The notes under the pieces are model-generated. The model was given only the letters and a program-made list of their open reading frames with translations, ran no database searches and had not been told where the DNA came from. Both the position numbers and the translations under genes were made by a program. 64,000 nucleotides of DNA, from the NCBI GenBank assembly GCA_965117025.1, contig OZ220746.1, forward strand, positions 1,159,225-1,223,224. Direction: 5' to 3'. Position 1 is the first letter of the stretch. Each line of letters starts with the position of its first letter. The stretch is from Rhodothermales bacterium. GTDB lineage: Bacteria; Bacteroidota; Rhodothermia; Rhodothermales; VXPQ01. This document shows positions 60,301 through 64,000 of this stretch, piece by piece.

Positions 60301-60995
60301 ACACCCTGCAGCAAACGCGAGAAAGCTGCAGCCTCTTCAATGGACACATCGAATGTCAATTCCACAGGTAGCTTTGCCAGCCTTCGCCATTTAGGAACGA
60401 GGCTCACATCCTTGATATATTCGTTGTGAACCGGGGGCGCATACCCCACAAGGCGCATTGCCCTGACCACGCCCAGGATACGGGTATCGCGTTCTATCGG
60501 ACGCCATGCAACAATTGCCTGACGAAATGCCCCGTCTTGTGCAATGCCCGTGTGCAACCCGGCAGGGAATTCCGCTAAAGCCGGAGCTGCATCCATAGGC
60601 ATACTGAATCCATTCCAGGCTACCAGTTTCATCTCCGGGGTGTACAACTCAACCGACGTTCCGTAGGGCACCGCCATGGCGGAAAAGTAGCGCACGAGCG
60701 TTGCCGAATCAGGCTGTGCAAGGGCTCCCTGCGCATCAAGAGCCTCCATGACTTCCGGGGCGGAGGCAATGCGTCCGGTGCGCTCGAAGAGGTCACGCTG
60801 CATAACCCCGAAGTCACGGTTAATGCGATCCAGCGCTACCGAGACCACCTCTCCCCGGTACACCTGGGGAGCCTTCTCGATTCGGGCGCTGTGCACCTCC
60901 CGGAACATCCACGTGAGGGGTATCAGCAAAAGAAGTCCCCCGGCCACCACCATGAAGCGAATGAAGCGCCCTCGAACCGGAAAGAATTTTTTCAT
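57324..60995 (-). CDS. very large multi-TM sensor histidine kinase (NtrY-like HAMP-HisKA-HATPase C-terminus)
   Basis: 1223 aa. There are at least 10 predicted hydrophobic segments and two large extracytoplasmic regions. These are followed by HAMP (ISKPIARLRSGLKAVAVGRFGNTLPVDSRDEIGELVETFNEM), an H-box (AHEIRNPLTPMKLSVQHL) and the N/G boxes of HATPase_c (DNGSGI, GTGLGLAIVK). Confidence 0.85.
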   Translation of the reverse strand: MKKFFPVRGRFIRFMVVAGGLLLLIPLTWMFREVHSARIEKAPQVYRGEVVSVALDRINRDFGVMQRDLFERTGRIASAPEVMEALDAQGALAQPDSATLVRYFSAMAVPYGTSVELYTPEMKLVAWNGFSMPMDAAPALAEFPAGLHTGIAQDGAFRQAIVAWRPIERDTRILGVVRAMRLVGYAPPVHNEYIKDVSLVPKWRRLAKLPVELTFDVSIEEAAAFSRLLQGVDGTVLGLVTVDAPSVRQMTALAAVLPDHLMALWTALFLFWTMGGMWCLYRREVRRLQAKPSRNRWWAVVGGFAMCAVYWWLLRFILLEMNVPSRWQQGKTPLAPLFDPTHLSSGLFGGVLGSTGELLITILFLVAFSGAFLEWVGALRKVRDRLFRPRRISRMVLAGVVAACTGILAGLLFLPALVARHVALHSTFDFFAKGGLIPDLHLLVVFCSLVLMQIGVILLAAGVTWVAVTEALHRLAPRSSPWTFGVLAGFSVAVPVVAVYMLTPIGTVLPLAVLGYMLAAVFGLVCLGMLRSAQLMNLITLRNLFPLVFLVTFLLYPMFYLGLDASRHVRMIAAAEAFAQGEGPRVSFAEGGTPISGVLLPSGSNDALFDTFSGAEFRDGFLFRSTGRDFERYRLPEDVTQALLHEPTVWRNERLEGGAWQSYYMRGEPAPAMDSFPGAMQVFAVRAPHVTLFDHLYYLLRLTMGGLVIALLCYLVGIRVRHRRGLLPAPHIRFRDKVLNALIGIGIILVGLVGVVGEQAVTVESRQSVQRWLHRHLDRVEQVLAAEARHGERPSSVLDRMPIDSLAARVGIDLNIYEGHTISRLSRPQLIRDRLVDRRLPIEAYKALYTDADRVTFTDERVGSFTYMAGFRAFVGEEGSPRYVVSTPILPEQEIIEEERADTVAYLFGSLLLLVLLVVLTGLLLANAISKPIARLRSGLKAVAVGRFGNTLPVDSRDEIGELVETFNEMQQQLSESQIKLARQERQLAWREMARQVAHEIRNPLTPMKLSVQHLRQAFTDRGNEPDARNRFGQVFDRITGTLIEQIDSLARIASEFHAFARMPSREMQRIDMNDVIREAVSLMQEESEIGIRSALSEAPLFIEADRAELRRTYINLIKNALQAISAPEMGRVEVRTELEEVAGKVWGCSYVVDNGSGIEEAVGQKIFEPHFSTKTSGTGLGLAIVKKSVEEMRGTIGFTTEVGKGTVFQVRFPLIDDSVTAS

Positions 60996-61101
60996 GATGG
61001 GATTGTCATGAGCCGGACAAGCCGCGACAATAACAAGGCGGAAAACCTGGCAAAGTTCTTCGCGGGTGTGTATACTCAGCGCTCATTGAGCGGGAAATAA
61101 C

Positions 61102-64000
61102 ATGATAAGAAAGTCGCAAATTTCATGCCTGATACTACTCCTTTCGCTGCCAATCACGGCGACAGCGCAGAATGTGACTATATCCGGCTTGGTAACAGAC
61201 ACCGATAACCAGGCGCTTATCGGTGCAAACGTATCCATTCCCGATTGGCTGCTTGGCGCTTCGACAGACATCGAAGGCCGCTATTCTTTTGGAGTGCCTT
61301 CCGATTATGTAGGGGAGTCCGTCGATCTCAGGGTCCAATATCTCGGCTATTCACCGCAGACCCGGGCCGTCACCATCTCGCTCCTGGAAATGACGGAGCA
61401 CTTTGTGCTTATCGAGGATTTTTTCAATCTGGATGAGGTCGTCGTAACAGGAGTTGCTGAAGCAACGCCAAAAAAGAAGCTGGCCTTCACGGTAGATCAG
61501 GTCGATAGAGATCTGGTGGAACTCGCGCCGGCACGCAGTCCGCTTCACGGCCTGCACGGGAAAGTGGCTGGAGCCAGCGTAATGGCTCAGAGCGGGCAAC
61601 CGGGGGACGGCATTTCCGTGCGACTGCGCGGGTCTACCAGCATTTCGGGAAGTTCGCAGCCACTCTATATCGTCGATGGCGTCATTCTCGGAGCCGACCA
61701 GGTCGACATCGATGCACTGGACATCGAAAACATAGAGATTGTCAAGGGGGCTTCCGCATCGTCACTCTACGGATCCCGCGCGCAAAACGGGGTCCTTCAA
61801 ATTTCGACCAAGCGGGGCGATCATATCCCTATAAACCAGACACGCGTAACGATCCGCAATGAGGTCGGCACTAACTTCATGACAAATAATTTTATTCCCA
61901 ATAATTCGCACAACTATCGGACAAATGCTGCCGGAACCTCTTTTGTCGATGCCCATGGGAACGACATCCCTTATGGATCTGCGACCGTCATTGACGGAAG
62001 TACAGCGGTATCCTTTTTTGACAATCCGTATCCGGGTGAAACGTACAACGCGTTCGACGAATTTTTCAAACCGGGTAATACGTGGACCAATTCCATCGCA
62101 ATAAGCCGCAATACGAGGGCTACCAACTTTCTTTTTTCATTTGCGAATCTGACAGAAGAGGGTATCATTGTCGGCCAGAAAGGATACAATCGAAAAAGTC
62201 TTCGCCTTAATATGGATCATCACCTGAAACGTACATTGTCTATTTCACTCTCAAGTTTTTATGCAACCTCTACGCGGGATGCTCCAAATAATGTGGACAT
62301 AAATCCGTTTTTCGGCATTATGTTTACCAGCCCCGCAGTGAGTCTTGCGGAGCGTGACGAAAATGGTGAACTTAAGGTACGCGCCGATCCTTTATCTATT
62401 GAAGACAACCCGCTCTACATTATCGAGAACGTCGACGAAGTCCAAAAACGCTCGCGGATATACGGCAATCTCCGGCAAAGCTGGAAACCCATAGACTGGT
62501 TTGATCTTGAAGCCAATCTGAGTTTCGACCGCTCGGACCGCGACGGTCTGGAGTTTTATGACAAGGGATATCAGCAGATTGGCGACAACAGTAAGGAAGA
62601 GGGCGAAATCGATCGCAGTAATGCCCTGTCCTCCGCCCTGAATGCCAACGTAACGGCTTCCTTTCGCAAGCAATTCGATCGCCTGGTTGCACGCACACAG
62701 TTTCGCTGGGCAAAGGAGGATTTCAGCAATGAGGCGGAATTCATCAGTGGTAGAGGACTGGCGACGGCAGGACTTGCAGATCTTTCCAATGTGAACACCG
62801 ATGATAAAACCATCAGTTCCAGCAGTTCAACGATCCGTTCCGAGGGCTTTTATGGGCTGATAGGCACAGACTATGCCGACCGCTACATCATTGACGCCTT
62901 AGTGCGCCGCGATGGCAGTTCACTGTTCGGCGCGGAGGAGAGGTGGCAAACCTATTTTCGCATCAGCGGCGCATACCGCCTATCGGAAGAAACCTGGTGG
63001 CCTGCCAGGGGGGCGCTTCCTGAATTCAAGCTGCGAGGTTCGTACGGCACCGCAGGCGCACGTCCATGCTTTGAATGCCAATACGAAACATTTTTTCTCT
63101 CCAATGGCCAACTAAGTAAATCGACCCTTGGTAATGAACTGCTGAAACCTGAATTGCAGAAAGAAACCGAACTGGGGCTGGAATTTTCTGTTTGGAATAA
63201 GGCATTTGTCGAATTGATATATGCGGATTCCAGGGTGGAAGATCAGTTGCTGCTCGTTCCATTGTCTGCCTCGGCAGGCTATCAAGGGCAATGGCAAAAT
63301 GCCGGAACCCTCGAATCCAATACGATAGAGGCATCTATCCGTACATCGTTGTTCCGAAATGCTTCCGGTAGCCTGGACATAGGAGTCGTTTTTGACCGCA
63401 CGCGTCAGAAAATCACCGAGTTTGCCCCTCCAGCGTTCCGGGGCGGCCCCAAGAATGCCTTCTATATTCGAGAAGGTGAAATTCTGGGTGCCATGTACGG
63501 CGACAAGTTCCTCACGAATATGGATGAACTGCCTCTGGGCGTTTCAAAAGATCAGTTCCAGGTTAATGATCACGGCTATGTGGTATGGGTCGGTTCGGAT
63601 AACACCTATATGGACGGCATTTCCCAAAGCCTTTGGGGAACCTCCAGCAGCCACATGACGACGCCCTGTGGCGACAAGTCGTACGAATGGGGTATGCCGA
63701 TTCTGTTCGAGAATGAAGAATGCACAGCATTCTCCAGAATTGGCAATACCCTCCCCGACTATAATCTGGGAATAAACACCACATTACGCTGGCGCGGAGT
63801 CACCGTCTATATGCTCTGGAATGCACAGATAGGCGGCGATATATACAACGCTACTGCCCAGTGGGCCTACAGGGATGATCGGCATCGGGATCAGGATCAG
63901 GCAGGTAAGCCTGATGAAGTCAAGAAGACGGCGAATTACATGCAAGCCCTCTACCACGCGAACGGGACAAATAACCACTTCGTCGAAGAAGGCGATTATG
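61102..64000 (+). CDS. SusC/RagA-family TonB-linked outer-membrane receptor (3' end truncated by the window edge)
   Basis: This gene is absent from the ORF track because there is no stop codon inside the window. My hand translation is open from the ATG at 61102 to 64000. It reads MIRKSQISCLILLLSLPITATAQNVTISGLVTD (signal peptide plus CarboxypepD_reg), then DEVVVTG, then the plug motifs ISVRLRGSTSISGSSQPLYIVDGV and IEIVKGASASSLYGSRAQNGVLQISTKRG. Confidence 0.88.
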   Translation, partial: MIRKSQISCLILLLSLPITATAQNVTISGLVTDTDNQALIGANVSIPDWLLGASTDIEGRYSFGVPSDYVGESVDLRVQYLGYSPQTRAVTISLLEMTEHFVLIEDFFNLDEVVVTGVAEATPKKKLAFTVDQVDRDLVELAPARSPLHGLHGKVAGASVMAQSGQPGDGISVRLRGSTSISGSSQPLYIVDGVILGADQVDIDALDIENIEIVKGASASSLYGSRAQNGVLQISTKRGDHIPINQTRVTIRNEVGTNFMTNNFIPNNSHNYRTNAAGTSFVDAHGNDIPYGSATVIDGSTAVSFFDNPYPGETYNAFDEFFKPGNTWTNSIAISRNTRATNFLFSFANLTEEGIIVGQKGYNRKSLRLNMDHHLKRTLSISLSSFYATSTRDAPNNVDINPFFGIMFTSPAVSLAERDENGELKVRADPLSIEDNPLYIIENVDEVQKRSRIYGNLRQSWKPIDWFDLEANLSFDRSDRDGLEFYDKGYQQIGDNSKEEGEIDRSNALSSALNANVTASFRKQFDRLVARTQFRWAKEDFSNEAEFISGRGLATAGLADLSNVNTDDKTISSSSSTIRSEGFYGLIGTDYADRYIIDALVRRDGSSLFGAEERWQTYFRISGAYRLSEETWWPARGALPEFKLRGSYGTAGARPCFECQYETFFLSNGQLSKSTLGNELLKPELQKETELGLEFSVWNKAFVELIYADSRVEDQLLLVPLSASAGYQGQWQNAGTLESNTIEASIRTSLFRNASGSLDIGVVFDRTRQKITEFAPPAFRGGPKNAFYIREGEILGAMYGDKFLTNMDELPLGVSKDQFQVNDHGYVVWVGSDNTYMDGISQSLWGTSSSHMTTPCGDKSYEWGMPILFENEECTAFSRIGNTLPDYNLGINTTLRWRGVTVYMLWNAQIGGDIYNATAQWAYRDDRHRDQDQAGKPDEVKKTANYMQALYHANGTNNHFVEEGDY

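Overview
This is a 64-kb window from a GC-rich (roughly 55-58%) genome that looks like Bacteroidota or Rhodothermota. The phylum call rests on a SusC/RagA-type receptor, carboxypeptidase-regulatory-domain TonB receptors, and the ribosomal operon layout. Most of the window is core housekeeping:
- tRNA-Val followed by thrS-infC-rpmI-rplT-pheS-pheT on the plus strand.
- A zapA locus and a few metabolic genes.
- def-ruvX-HU-relA/spoT.
- A complete minus-strand str/S10/spc/alpha ribosomal supercluster, rpsL through rplQ (about 21.9-42.5 kb).
- ftsH, a large TPR/SPOR protein, pyk, hisI, yidD, moaB, cysS, hemB, trkAH, a very large NtrY-like sensor kinase, and a truncated SusC-like receptor at the right edge.

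The clearly accessory part is at about 10.9-12.3 kb. It is an AT-rich insertion carrying a solo tnpB with all three RuvC motifs and a zinc finger, and no tnpA. The 3' end of the gene contains several small hairpins, as expected for an omega-RNA scaffold. The insertion sits directly upstream of a histidine-rich, putative zinc or metal uptake locus (His-triad-like membrane protein, TonB-dependent receptor, His-rich lipoprotein).

Other items worth a second look:
- A 265-bp element with 23-bp terminal inverted repeats and a TTA direct duplication, inserted exactly at the pheT stop codon (MITE-like, or alternatively a structured RNA).
- An infC that must start at a non-ATG codon (ATT).
- A sigma70-like promoter plus a phased A-tract / AAATAGCCC repeat block in the infC-rpmI spacer.
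- A lipocalin-like lipoprotein gene wedged between rpsJ and rplC.
- No infA between map and rpmJ.
- A long repetitive acidic tail on L17.

I saw no CRISPR array, reverse transcriptase or rRNA. All calls come from reading the sequence and the ORF translations. No database search was run.
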